64,000 bases of DNA from an uncultured Chthonomonadaceae bacterium (lineage in GTDB: Bacteria; Armatimonadota; Chthonomonadetes; Chthonomonadales; Chthonomonadaceae): positions 935,908-999,907 of the forward strand of contig CAWFQB010000004.1 in the NCBI GenBank assembly GCA_963817895.1, in the 5' to 3' direction. Positions within the stretch are counted from its first letter, which is position 1. Each line of letters opens with the position of its first letter. The position numbers were made by a program, and so were the translations under genes. Positions 21,358 through 33,440 of the stretch are shown here, in pieces. The notes under the pieces were generated by a model. The model made no database searches. It was not told where the DNA came from and saw only the letters and a program-made list of their open reading frames with translations.

Positions 21358-24300
21358 ATGCAACGCGCTCCAAAATTACACCGTCGGCCTGCCCGTTTCG
21401 GCAGCCGCTTGAATACCGCTCCCCTGTTGAATACTATACCCCTGACGCGATTGGCTGCGGGGGGAGTGTTGGGCTTGCTGGCGACATGGCCGCTATCTGC
21501 GTCCGCCCAAACTCCGCCGCCCACAGGGAAAATGCCCAATATGCCCGTAGCAACGTCCGGCGCGGCGCGAAGCGGGCAGCCGGGACTGGCCCTGAACATT
21601 TCCGCCGAAAGCGCGCCGTATCATCTGGATTGGAATGGAACTCGGGTACGCTCACACGCCGCGCGCTGGGCGGGCAGTCGGAAATCAAACTGCCCCTGAC
21701 GTATCTTCATTCGGAACCCGGCCCTAAAGGGTACTCGCAAATATCTGGCGTGGTTTCTGGCGCGGGACAAAGACCATTTCAGCATCGTCTGGTGTTACCT
21801 CAATGACGGCGGGCGCGAGTTCTATTGCTGGCTGTACCAGTTCCCCACCAATCAACTGACCACGCTGCGCTTTACCGGCGATTACCGGTTTGCGCCCCTG
21901 CCGGAACCGGTTGCGCCCTCCCTCCTGCCGGATTTCGCGGCGCAGGCGATGCCGACATACACCGGGCCGGATTTCAAATACCGCGATTGGACGCGCCGCA
22001 GCGGACAATTGGCAACTTTGCGACTTAAAGCCCGCCCGCGAGTCCTTCGCCGCGTCACTGGCAGGGGGAACAGGGAACAGACCCTCCAGCAACCAGTCAC
22101 CCGTCACCAGCCGCCACGAAAACGTTGTCCGGCTTGCGGGTGTATCCGTTGCACGAGATTCAGGTGGCGAAGGGGAACGGCTGGCGCGCGGGCGGCTGGC
22201 GCGAATTGCACGCGCTGGCTATGGACAGCGCGAACGAACCCTACTACCTGATTATGTATAGCAACGTGACGCAGGGGTACGCGGTTGACATCAAACGCGC
22301 GCAAACCTACGTGGTGGATTTCGGCTCCAAAGTTGAATTTTCCAACGACAACACGGTCTTCGGCGCGAAAGAGGAGACCATTGTCGGCCCGCCGGACGCG
22401 CGTATCCGCCGCTATTCGCGGGTGGAAATACCGCTCGTTACCACGAATAAATACGACAATCCCTACAGCAACGTGCAGTTGTACATGGAATTTCGGACGC
22501 CGGATGGCAAAACCGTGTCCGTACCCGGATTCTGGGACGGGGACAGACGTGGCGCGTCCGGTTCACGCCCACGCAGGTCGGCAAGTGGTCGTGGCGCAGC
22601 TACTCCAACGATACCAATCTGGAAAAGCAGGTCGGCTCTTTTACCTGCGTATCGGATGATAGCGGCGGCAAGGGGTTCGTTACAGTCAATGCGCAACGGT
22701 TTTATCCGCACTCGTTTGCCAGCGCGAATGGACTGGCGTTTTTCCCGGTTTACCTGCGTGACCCGGTACACTACTTCCCGGCTCCCGACGTGTCCGCATC
22801 GCCTACGCCTGCTCCGAAAACGCCCGCAAAAGCGGCTGCGCCCGCGAACATAAGCCTGATTGTGCCGATGCAGAATACGCAGACGCCCGCGTCCATGCCA
22901 CAGGTGGATGGAATAGACGATCCCGCGCTGATGGACCTGACCAACAAAAACACGCCGCGCGCGTTTATCAACTTTGCGCGGCGCGTGGACGATGCCGCCG
23001 CGCTCGGATTTAATCGCTTTTGGGGCGGGTGGCTGCTCGACCCGACCCTGTTCCCGAAACACGCGCAGGCGAATGAGGGCGGCGCGCCGTTTATCAATTA
23101 CGATCTCGACAACATCAACCCTGCCTATTTTCAGTGGATGGATCGGCGTATCGCGTACTGCAACGAGCGCGGCATCATTCCCGACATCGGCATCACCGAC
23201 ATCGGTTCCAATCTGTTGTCGGAAGTGAAACCGGAACAGATAAGCCGCCTGTGGCAGTACACGCTTGCCCGCTATTCCAGTTTCAATGTCAGCTGGAACC
23301 TGTTCGGAAAATCGCCGGATAGTCCATATCCGCCGGACGTGGATGCGTGGGTAGAGCCTTTGGGGAAAATGACGGACTTGTATGATCCTGCCGGGCATCC
23401 ACTGACAACGGTTGTTCCCAACTTTGCGCCCCAAATGCCCGTGACTGCGCCTTCCAATGCGCCCGTCATTATTCGGCCCGACAACCCGGTGATTATTCGC
23501 CCGGATGTGCCGAACGCCAACGGGTTCGTGCCGGATTTAGGAAATTCAAATCCGTTCATCCCCAATCAACCCGGTTCTAATCCGCCCGGTTCCAATCCGG
23601 CTGGCGCGACGCCCCCGCAGCCTTTCACGGGCGGGCGGGGAACGGGCGCGCCGGGAACGCAGAATCCGGCAGATACGGGCGGCGGAACAGACCCGGCCAC
23701 CCCCGGCAACAACGGGCGGCGCAGCCGCAATCAACAGGGTAATACCGGCAGAGGGGCCACTTCGGGCGGCAGTACCGGCGGCAATCCTACCGGAAGCAAC
23801 ACTGGCCGGGGAAATACCGGCAGGGGGAACAATACTGGCGCGGGGCAAACTCCCACTCGCGGCGCGGGAAACACGCCGGGGCGAGGAACCGGGGCCGGTT
23901 CGCAGGCCAATGGCGCGGGCGGGCAAATGCCGAATTTCCCCGGCTTTCCCGGCGCGGGTTCCGGTTTCCCCGGTCGTTCCGCAACGGGCGGCGCGGGAAC
24001 CAGTCTGGACATGACGGGCGCTGACCCGCGCTTTCAGGGACGAACCGGACGCACAGGACGAACCGGAAGAGGCCGGGGCGGAAGCGGCTTTGGCGGCAGC
24101 GGTTCCGGGGTAGCCGGGACGTTGGGCAGCGGCTCGGAAATAACGGGCAACACCACACAATTTGATTATGTGACGATTGTTGACCCGCAAGTAGCGGCGT
24201 CTATGCGCTCTGACAGGCAGGCGCAGCGTCCCACAGGAGCGCCCATATCTGTTCCCATCGTCCGCTACGCCGGCAATTCGTGGCTGGACGTGGTGACGCT

Positions 24301-25141
24301 GGCGGGCGGGGATTTGACTGCGCTATCGAGCGATTACCGGCTGAACAAACCGCTTGTGGTTCAGGACGTGACCGGAAAAGACCCGTCTGATGAGGCGCGG
24401 CATCGGATGTGGGAAACCATCATGCGCGGCGGCTTCTGGCAGGGAGCCGTGACCGCGAATTCGGGTGTGGCCGACCCGCTGAACAGCCCCCTTGCGCGCT
24501 GGCAACTGGCGGCGGCTCGCCTGATGCAGAAAACGCAGTACACCCGACTGCTGCCGCATCAGGATATGCTTGGCGGGCTGGAAGAGAGCGCGTTTGATCG
24601 GCGTCGCCGCAAACGCGCGCAGGCCGAAGCCGCAAGCGCGGCCACGCCTGTCATGCCAACCGCGCCGACAATACCCGATGCCGGAACGCAAGTCGCGCCC
24701 AATCCGCTGAATACGCCTGCTGCGCCGAATGTGCCAACTGTACCCGGAAGAACGACTAATCCGCCTGCCGGAACCGGTGTACAGGGGAGCAGAAGCACGA
24801 CCAACACGGTTCCGCAGCCCTTTTCCGGCTTCACCGGCGAGGTGGATGAAAATGGCGATCCGCTGTTCAATTTTCCGGCGCAGCCTTCTGTTGCCGCGAA
24901 AAAACCGACACCCGGCGCGATCTATGTGCTTGCCGATCCGGGCTGGGAATACGTGGTGTATTTCAGCAGCGGCGGCTCGGTGACACTGGACTTGCTGGAA
25001 GCCAGCAGCACGTTGCGGCAGTCGTGGTTCAATCCGCGCACGGGAGAGTATGCCAGTCAGGACACGCTGAAGGGTGGCATCTACAAAACCTTCACCGCCC
25101 CGGATGCCAATGACTGGGTGCTGATGCTATCCCGGCGGTAG
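21358..25141 (+). CDS. Large secreted DUF5060/DUF4038 (apiosidase-like) protein with a C-terminal collagen-binding-like domain and long low-complexity inserts (frameshifts in the 5' part)
   Basis: Signal peptide, PGFWDG..WRVRFTPTQVGKW, INPAYFQWMDRRI, WQYTLARYSSFNVSW and WFNPRTGEY...APDANDWVL. Confidence 0.7.
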
Positions 25142-25143
25142 GA

Positions 25144-25197
25144 ACCTCACCACAACCCTCTCCTTGCCGCGCAACGCGCAAGGAGAGGGGCTTTTTT
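25144..25197 (+). terminator. REP-like hairpin acting as terminator
   Basis: CCCTCTCCTTGC...GCAAGGAGAGGG followed by CTTTTTT; nearly identical to the units at 37374-37566. Confidence 0.7.
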
Positions 25198-25353
25198 GTC
25201 TGTGAAACGCTTTACTTGTTCAAAACGGCAAAATTATGTTACAGTATAGGGGTTAGTGAATGAATCGTATCGGCAGTCTGCTCGCGCGTCTGTCCCCGGT
25301 TCTTGAAAACGGGTGAGACGGATGGGGATTTGGAGCAGGAGAGGGAAATTTGC

Positions 25354-27360
25354 ATGGCGTCCGCACCGCTGCAGCCGGGAACATTGCTCAATCAACGGTT
25401 TAACATTCTGGAAGTTGTCGGGCAGGGCGGCATGGGAACCGTTTACAAAGCGGAACACATTCGCCTGCATGTGGTTTATGCCGTCAAAGAAATCCGGGGC
25501 ACCGGCATTGAGAATACAGAAAAGCAGCAGGATTTGGCGGCCTGCGAACACGAAGCGCAGTTTCTGGTGAAACTGGATCATCCGCATCTGCCCAAAGTGA
25601 CGGATGCCTTCATTGAAAACGATAATTTTTATCTGGTGATGCAGTTCATCGAGGGCGTGACGCTGGATACGCGGCTGACCGCTGCGCATGGCGCTCCCTT
25701 AGACGTGCTGCAAAGCGTGGAGTGGGGCTTGCAGATCGCGGACGTCCTGGCGTATCTGCACAGCCAGGACCCGCCGATCATCTTCCGCGATTTGAAACCC
25801 TCCAATGTGATGATACAGCCGGACGGGTCTATCAAGCTGATTGACTTCGGCATTGCCCGCAATTTTCAGCCCGGCGCCTCCAAAGACACGTCCCTGCTTG
25901 GCAGCGTGGGGTACTCGCCGCCCGAACAGTTCGGCAAGGGGCAGACGGATCGCGCGTTCCGACGTGTATGCGTTCGGAGCCACGCTGCACCATCTGGTGA
26001 CGGGGCGCGATCCCGCGTTGCAGCCGTTCAAATTCGCCCCGGCGCATACGCTGAACCGGCAGGTTCCTGAATCGCTGTCGCATTTGCTGGACATGTGCCT
26101 CGCCATCGAGCCGAATCAGCGTCCGCAAAGCATGAATGTGGCGGCGGTGCAGTTGCTGCGGGTACGCGAAGAATGGTGAAACAGCGGGCGCAGGCGGCTG
26201 CGGAGCAGGCCGCGCTCAACGCGGTCGGGCGTTCGCTGGCGGACAGCATGGAACACGCGGCTACGGGCGTCACTCCCCGCGTAAATGGTTCCCCACGAGC
26301 GGAAGACGCGCAGCGAACGGAAGGGCGCAATGGGGAGCGGAATCAGGCCACGCCGGAAGCCCCTAAACCGACCATAAAGGTGACAACCGCTTCCACTGCC
26401 AAAGCGAAAGCGTCCGAATCCGTCCAACGCGCCGCAATCGCTATGGCCGTTGATTTTGCTGATGATTGCGTATAATCGGCGGGCGTCGGGGCCATGATGC
26501 TATGCACATCATGCGAACGCGCAGAAGCATGAACTCACGCCGCCCATTGTCGCGCCGGTTGTTCAGGTGGATGCGAGATCCACGCCCACGCCGCCCGGAC
26601 CGAGCCGTCCCACACGCCGGAACCACTCCGCCAACCACTGCAGGACAGAACGGCGGCGCAAACCTGGCGCCGAATATGCCCCTGCTGCCGCCGCCCAACG
26701 ACAACGTGAGCCTGCAAACGGCCCTGCTGCCGGCTTGCCAACGACATGCTTCCCATCGCGATTTCGGGAACGGTGAAGGGGCAAATGGGAGCGTCCATGC
26801 AGATTGGCGTGTATTTCTTCGACAGCAAAGGACAGCCGATCAATCACCGTAGATACCAACCCCAATACATCAACCCGCAGCATTACCTCTGCGTGTACAA
26901 AACCCTTGCGATTTCTTCCAACGAGTATTCGGTTCAGGAAACGCTTGTCCTGCCTACGCGCCTGCTGACCGGCGTAACGCAGTCCGGTCCCTTTACCTAT
27001 CAGGCCATCCTGTTTCTGAACGGCAAGCCGATAGGGGAAACGGCAAGGGTTCCGCTGCCTGTCGCCGCGTACAGCAGCAGTTCGGCAACGCCCAATCCTT
27101 CCACCGCGAAACCTGCCGGGTCAACCGTCAGGAAGCGGCCTGATCGAGGGCGGACATTGACACTACTCCTTGAACCTATAACCGCTACTCGGTCTGGCTG
27201 GATGAAGAGAATCCTCGCGCCTGGCATCGCCACAATGGCAAGCGCAAGCGATCATGGGCGTCTTAATGATGTTGTTTTCACGTTGAGTGTTCCGCGCTGT
27301 ACTCGCCTGGCTGCATGGGGCGGCCTGGAACAGCATGATACAGACCGCAACGAAACATGA
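25354..27360 (+). CDS. Hanks-type Ser/Thr protein kinase with membrane segment and extracytoplasmic domain (several frameshifts; end approximate)
   Basis: VGQGGMGTVYKA, YAVKEI, IIFRDLKPSNVM, LIDFGIAR, GYSPPEQ and SDVYAFGATL. Confidence 0.85.
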
Positions 27361-27642
27361 CACTCCGGTGATGCATCCGGTAGGAAATATCATCCTGATA
27401 GGAATAAGTTTTCTCACAGGCGGGTCCATCATGCTGCTGACAGCCATCTTCTGTAGACAGCGCGGCGAGGATTAACAGCGCATTAAATTGACCCCTGAGC
27501 GTCTAATGCCTATGGGCTGGAATATGGGCCGAAAGACCTTGCGAAATGGGTCTTTCGGTTCGCGTACTTTCGCGCCTGCCGTGCTACACTAAAGACACAT
27601 TTAGCAAATGAAATTATTGGGGCAATGTGAAGGAGAGAACTT

Positions 27643-29484
27643 ATGGCGGAGCGCACCCTGTACCAGATGTTTCTGGAAACCACGCAGGCGCATGGCGAAC
27701 GGAACGCGGTCGGTTTTCGGACGGGCAAAGCGGCGGAGTATCACGTACTGGACGTATCGCGAATTAAATGAAAAAGTTCGGGCGTTTGCGCGTGGGCTGG
27801 ACGCGCTTGGCCTGCGCAAAGGGGATCGTATCGCGCTGATTTCGCACGAGAACCGCGTGGAGTGGGCGATTACTGATCTTGCCGCGCAGTATCTCGGACT
27901 GGTGACGGTTCCGATTTATGGAACCCTGCCCGCTTCACAGGTCGCCTACTACATGAAAGATTCGGGCGCGCGGGCTATTCTGGCCGGGGACGCCAAACAG
28001 CGGGTCAAGATAAAGGAATTTCGCGCGGATACGCCCGCGCTGGAATATGTCATTTCGGTGGACGGCAAGCCCGAAGAACTGGAAGCGGAATGTACGCTGC
28101 CCTTTGACGCTATTTACAAGCGCGGCGAAACGGGCGGGCGCGACGAAGCGGCCCTGAACGGCGTGGCGCAAACGGTTCGCGCCGATGATACGGCGACGAT
28201 TATTTACACGTCCGGCACGACAGGCGATCCGAAAGGAGCGATGCTGTCCCATGCCAATCTGCTGCAAACCCCGGATGGCGTTGTCAGCGACAAGGTTGCC
28301 GATCTTGGCCCCGATGATGTGTTTTTGTCGTTTCTGCCCCTGAGCCATATTACGGAGCGCGTTGGCGGGCATTATTTGCCGATTCGCGTGGGCGCGTGTA
28401 TCGTGTACTCGCTCGGTTTGATCGCGCTGACGGAAGAGATACAAACCGCTGTGCGCCCAACCGCCATGCTGTGCGTACCCCGGTTGTGGGAAAACATGCA
28501 CGACAAAGCGCGGGACAGTATTGCCAAAATGGATGACAAACAGCGCAAAATCGCCGAATGGGGTTTGGGCGTCGGCATTGAGGTGGCAAAGCGGAAATCC
28601 AACGCGCAAAGCATCGGCCCCATTCTCAACCTGAAACTGATGGCGGCGGATAAACTCGTGTTATCGAAACTGCGCGGCAAAGGTGACGGGAGGGAGATTG
28701 CGCAACTGCGTATCGGGCGGCGCGCCGCTCGATCCCGTAACGGCGGAATTCTTTCTTGGTATCGGTATCCAGATGCTCGAAGGCTACGGATTGTCGGAAA
28801 CCAATATCATCGCTATCAATCGCCCCAATCGGCAGCGTATCGGCACGGTCGGCAACCTTCTTCCTCATGCGGAAGTGAAAATCGCCGACGATGGCGAGAT
28901 TCTGATGCGCGGACAGGGGCGGATGCAGGGCTACTACAACAAACCGGACGCGACCAAAGAGGCGATAGATGGCGAAGGCTGGTTCCACACGGGCGACATC
29001 GGCGAACTTTCCCCGGACGGCTATTTGAAAATTACCGACCGCAAGAAAGACCTGCTGGTATTAACCAACGGCAAGAAAGTGGCCCCGCAGCCGATAGAAG
29101 CCCTGCTGAAACACAGCCCCTATATCGGCGAGGCCGTGCTGTTCGGCGATAAATCGGCAACCGTGATGGCCCTCCTCGTGCCGGATTACGACTTCGCGGG
29201 GCAAACCCGCCAAACTGATCGCGTGGGCCAAAGAAAAGGGGTTGCAGACCGAAGACGTTCCCGCATTGCTGGCAACGCCCGAAGCGCAGAAACTGTTCAA
29301 AACGGAAATAGACAAAAACACGCCCGACCTTGCCGACTTCGAGAAAATCAAGCGGTTCAAACTGGTTCCGCAGCCGTTCAGCATTGACGGCGGCGAACTG
29401 ACGCCCACGCTGAAGGTGAAACGCAAATTCGTCGCGCAGAAGTATGCTGACTTGATAGCCGCCATGACAAGGGGAAAAGAGTAG
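27643..29484 (+). CDS. Long-chain fatty acid-CoA ligase (AMP-dependent synthetase; frameshifted)
   Basis: IIYTSGTTGDPKG, SGGAPL, EGYGLSET, WFHTGDIG, ITDRKKDL and ELTPTLKVKR. Confidence 0.92.
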
Positions 29485-29622
29485 ACCACGGAGGACACGG
29501 AGAACACTGAGAGAAAACAGGTTTACCACGGATGAAACGGATAACACGGATATACGCGGATGATGCGATAATTTTGAATCTAATCCGTGTTGATCTGTTT
29601 CATCCGTTTCATCCGTGGTAAA
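29485..29622. repeat. Inverted CACGGA(T/G) 9-mer repeat element
   Basis: TTTACCACGGATGAAACGGATAACACGGAT pairs with ATCCGTGTT..CATCCGTTTCATCCGTGGTAAA; the unit also occurs at 4365-4485. Confidence 0.78.
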
Positions 29623-29648
29623 TTTCCTCTTTTGTTGTACAATAAAGT

Positions 29649-30563
29649 ATGGAATTGACGAGCGGTGATTTGAAAGAGTCAGCGGTGGATTTGTCCATTG
29701 TGATTGTTAGTTATAACACGCGCGACATGCTGCGGGCGTGTCTGGCGGCGCTGCCCACTGCGACGACGGGGATGCGGGTCGAAACGTGGGTCGTGGACAA
29801 TCATTCGCCGGATGACAGCGCGGCGATGGTGGCGGCAGAATTTCCGGCTGTCCGGCTGATTGCGAACGGGGATAATCCGGGGTTTGCCCGCGCCAACAAT
29901 CAGGCGTTGAAGCAGTCGGCGGGGCGGCATGTCGTGATTTTAAACCCGGATACCGAAGCGGAACCGGATTCACTGACGCGGATGGTTCGGTATCTGGATG
30001 CAAACTCGGATGTGGGCGCGGTCGGGCCGAAACTGCTCAATACGGACGGTTCATTACAGCACAACGGGCGGCCTTTTCCTACCGCGTGGCGCGAGTTTCT
30101 CGGACATTCGGGCCTGCGCCGTTTGAACGCGCGGGCGTATGACCGCAATTACGAGTACGGGCGCGAAGATTTTGACCGGACATGGGAAACGGATCAGGTA
30201 TCCGGCGCGTGTATGATGGTTCCGCGCCGCGTAATGGACGAAGTAGGAATGCTGGACGAAGATTTTTTCATGTTCTATGAAGAAATCGAGTGGTGCTGGC
30301 GTATTCGTAAAGCGGGGTACAAAGTCATTTATCTGCCCGAAGCGCGGATCACGCATCACTGGATGGGCAGCGTCCGGCAGCAGAACCGCGCCATGACCGC
30401 CCGCCTGTTCAAAAGCGCCCTCGTGTATTACGGCAAAACGGCGGGTTGGGGGACGCGGGCGGCCATGTTTGGCGTTGTCGGCATGGGACTGGCGAAGAAC
30501 GAACTGCTGCATGTAGGCGTTGCGGTGAAGCGACAATTACGCGCTCGTAAGTTGATTCGTTAG
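29649..30563 (+). CDS. Glycosyltransferase family 2 (WbbL-like rhamnosyltransferase)
   Basis: LSIVIVSYNT, VVDNHSPD, NPGFARANN, ILNPDT, VSGACMM and LDEDFFMFYEE. Confidence 0.9.
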   Translation: MELTSGDLKESAVDLSIVIVSYNTRDMLRACLAALPTATTGMRVETWVVDNHSPDDSAAMVAAEFPAVRLIANGDNPGFARANNQALKQSAGRHVVILNPDTEAEPDSLTRMVRYLDANSDVGAVGPKLLNTDGSLQHNGRPFPTAWREFLGHSGLRRLNARAYDRNYEYGREDFDRTWETDQVSGACMMVPRRVMDEVGMLDEDFFMFYEEIEWCWRIRKAGYKVIYLPEARITHHWMGSVRQQNRAMTARLFKSALVYYGKTAGWGTRAAMFGVVGMGLAKNELLHVGVAVKRQLRARKLIR

Positions 30564-30744
30564 GAGAAGTTTAGCCGCGAATGAACGCGAATAAACGCAA
30601 ATGAATAACCGGTTTTATGCGTAATGCTACGCCCTCGCCATTGCGTAAATATTTGCCGCTTGATTGCGGGACGAATCGCCAGATCGCTTATATCCACCTG
30701 ATATTCCAGATGGAACGGAATGTACAAGTAGAAAAGGGTACCAG

Positions 30745-31590
30745 ATGACGGTGATGGAAGACATGCAAGCGCCCGCGAACCTGACGGATGGCCGCGCGTT
30801 GTATTTAGATATGGTAAAGAAGTCGCTGCTGAACATGATTTATGGCGACAAGGAAGTAATTTACATTACGCCGCGCAATCCAGTGAAAAGGGCTATTATG
30901 GTTGCGGCGCAGGCGTGTGGCATGAAGATCGTGATTCCCAAGCAGTTCGACCCGGCAAAACGACTGGAAGGAAATGATTGGCCGGTACAATCGCAAACCC
31001 TGCTCAACATCAAGCGGTTGGACAACATTCAAATGTGCGTGGAAACCGCGCTTGCCGACAATGTTCCCGGCGATCTGATTGAAACGGGCGTATGGCGGGG
31101 CGGCGCGACGATTCTGATGCGGGCGGTACTGAAGGCGTATAATGCGCGTGACCGCGTGGTATACGTGTGCGACAGTTTTGAGGGACTGCCCGCGCCGAGC
31201 AAAGAGTACGCGATGGACGCGGACATTCCGTATCATACTTGGAAGGCGCTGGCGGTTCCGATGGAGGAGGTGCAGGCTAATTTCGCGCGGTACGATTTGC
31301 TGGATGCGCAGGTGAAATTTCTGAAAGGCTGGTTCAAGGACACGCTGCCAACCGCGCCTGTCAAGCAGATTGCCGTGATGCGATTGGACGGCGACATGTA
31401 CGAGTCCACAATGGACGCGCTGAAAGCGCTGTATCCGAAACTCTCCCCCGGTGGGTTCGCGATTATAGACGAGTATTATCATCTGGAACCCTGTCGGCAG
31501 GCGGTGGAGGATTATCGCGGGCAGCACGGCATTACCGAGCAGATTATTGCCATTGATGCGGAGGGCGCGTACTGGCGGCGCGCGAAGTAA
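30745..31590 (+). CDS. TylF/MycF family sugar O-methyltransferase
   Basis: VPGDLIETGVWRGG, DSFEGLP, KGWFKDTLP, RLDGDMYESTMDAL and LYPKLSPGG. Confidence 0.92.
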   Translation: MTVMEDMQAPANLTDGRALYLDMVKKSLLNMIYGDKEVIYITPRNPVKRAIMVAAQACGMKIVIPKQFDPAKRLEGNDWPVQSQTLLNIKRLDNIQMCVETALADNVPGDLIETGVWRGGATILMRAVLKAYNARDRVVYVCDSFEGLPAPSKEYAMDADIPYHTWKALAVPMEEVQANFARYDLLDAQVKFLKGWFKDTLPTAPVKQIAVMRLDGDMYESTMDALKALYPKLSPGGFAIIDEYYHLEPCRQAVEDYRGQHGITEQIIAIDAEGAYWRRAK

Positions 31591-31593
31591 CTT

Positions 31594-32763
31594 ATGAAAG
31601 TAGCGATGCTGACGACAACCGGGCCGCGCTGCGGGATTGCCGCGTATACGCGGGCGTTGGTGGAAGGGTTTACATCTGTTCCCGATACGGAAATTCTGGT
31701 CGTGCCGATTGAGGAGGGGAAGCAGTCACTCGATCACTACAGGGCGCAGGCCGAAATTCTCAATGGCGCGGGTGTGGACGTAATTCACATTCAGCACGAG
31801 CATAGTTTCTGGGGCGGCGTGATGCCCCGCGCTTCCGCCTTCTGGGAGATGCGCTATCTGCTGAAAAAGCCGGTTGTGCTGACCGCGCATACCACGACCG
31901 CGCTTGCCGATTTGCTAAAATTGAAAACGGAACGCCGCCCGCATAAATGGCTTGCCAAGCAGTTGTTGGTGCGCAATCAGGGATATCGTGACAGCGTGGA
32001 TACCGCGCCGTTTACGACCGCGATTACGATTGTGCATACCACAGCCGCCCGCAACGAACTGATTGCGCGGGGCGCGAAACCGGGCTATGTGACCATCGTG
32101 CCGACGGGAGTTCCCGCGCCCCTTCCCGCGCCAACCGGAGGGCAGGCGTTTCGCGAACCGTTACGGGCTGCAAAATCGGCGCGTACTTACGATTTTCGGC
32201 TATGTCACGCCGAACAAGGGTTACGAACTGACGCTGAACATACTGACCGAACTGCCTGAAGACGTGACGCTGGTAATCGCGGGCGGGGCGCGGAATCCGA
32301 GCGAAGCGCCCGTATGAGGCAAGTGTTCGGCAGGCAATCGAGAGGTCCGGGCAGAAGCAGCGTGTTGTGCTGACCGGGTATCTGAGCGACGAGGACGCGG
32401 CGGACGCGATGGCAGCGACGCATATTGCGCTGGTTCCGCATACTTACGCGACGGGTTCTTACTCCGTGACGCTGCCGCTTTCGCATGGGCGCGTGGTGTT
32501 CGCGTCCGATCTGGATTGCTTTCAGGAAATTTCCACGCGGGTAGATTGCGTAGAACTGTTTAAGGCGGGGGACGCGGCGGATTACAAAGCGAAACTGCTG
32601 GCGCTGCTGGACAACCCGGAACGGCAGGCGAAACTGGCGGCAAACGCGCAGCAAGTACGCCACCCGTTACGCATGGCCCCGCGTGGCCGGGATGACGCGC
32701 CGTATCTACGCCGCTGCCATTGACGTGTTTCATTCCGGCCCCCATGCCATACCGAGAATATAA
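31594..32763 (+). CDS. Glycosyltransferase family 4 (frameshifted)
   Basis: CGIAAYT, IHIQHE, FGYVTPNKG, LTGYLSDED, VVFASDLDCFQE and ..YAWPRVA; stop TAA at 32761-32763. Confidence 0.85.
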
Positions 32764-32776
32764 AGGAGAAAAACAG

Positions 32777-33031
32777 ATGAAATATACATTTATAGTCGCG
32801 GTGGCGGCAGGATTATTCGTGAGCGGTACGGTTTGGGCGCAGAATGCAGACTTCAAAGGCTTTCCCGATGTGCCAAAAACGCACTGGGCATATCAGGCCG
32901 TGACGGAACTGGCGCAAAAGGGCATATTGCAGGGTTATCCGGCGGAAAAGCGGACGGGGAAACTGACGCTCACCACGCCCAAAGCGAAACCGGCAACTCC
33001 GAGACACGTTACCGTTGCGCGTAAACGGTAA
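32777..33031 (+). CDS. Small secreted S-layer homology (SLH) domain protein
   Basis: AAAGGAG RBS, signal peptide ending VWA-Q, FPDVPKTHWAYQAVTELAQKGILQGYP. Confidence 0.8.
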   Translation: MKYTFIVAVAAGLFVSGTVWAQNADFKGFPDVPKTHWAYQAVTELAQKGILQGYPAEKRTGKLTLTTPKAKPATPRHVTVARKR

Positions 33032-33077
33032 AGTTGGAGATGAAAGCTTCTGAGAACATACCGTACATGGTAGCTTC

Positions 33078-33248
33078 TACCCTCATCCCCGGCCCTTCTC
33101 CCTGCAAGGGAGAAGGGAGCGAAATTAGTCGCTTTATCTTGTGGCTGTAAAATTGTACAACCAACAGGCATATCTATCACATTCGCTCCCCTCTCCCTGT
33201 CCGCTACGCGGACAGGGAGAGGGAGAGGGGTCGGGGGTGAGGGTAGAA
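33078..33248. repeat. REPIN-like inverted pair of CCCCTCTCC...GGAGAGGG palindromes
   Basis: TACCCTCATCCCCGGCCCTTCTCCC..GGGAGAAGGGAGCGAA and the inverted TTCGCTCCCCTCTCCC..GGGTCGGGGGTGAGGGTAG. Confidence 0.8.
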
Positions 33249-33440
33249 ACTTCCAATTACAGAAGTTTCTCTACGATGTGTCAAAACCGGTATGTCTGTC
33301 CGCTATGCGAAGATTTTGTAACCGTTGTTTGTTGTGGTTTCGTATGAGGTACAGGGCAGGGCAAAATTGCCGCGCCGTGTTTCTCTGCTTCTCTGTTTTA
33401 ACGACTTCTCCCGTGCTGTACCCATAAGAGGGGCTGCGCC

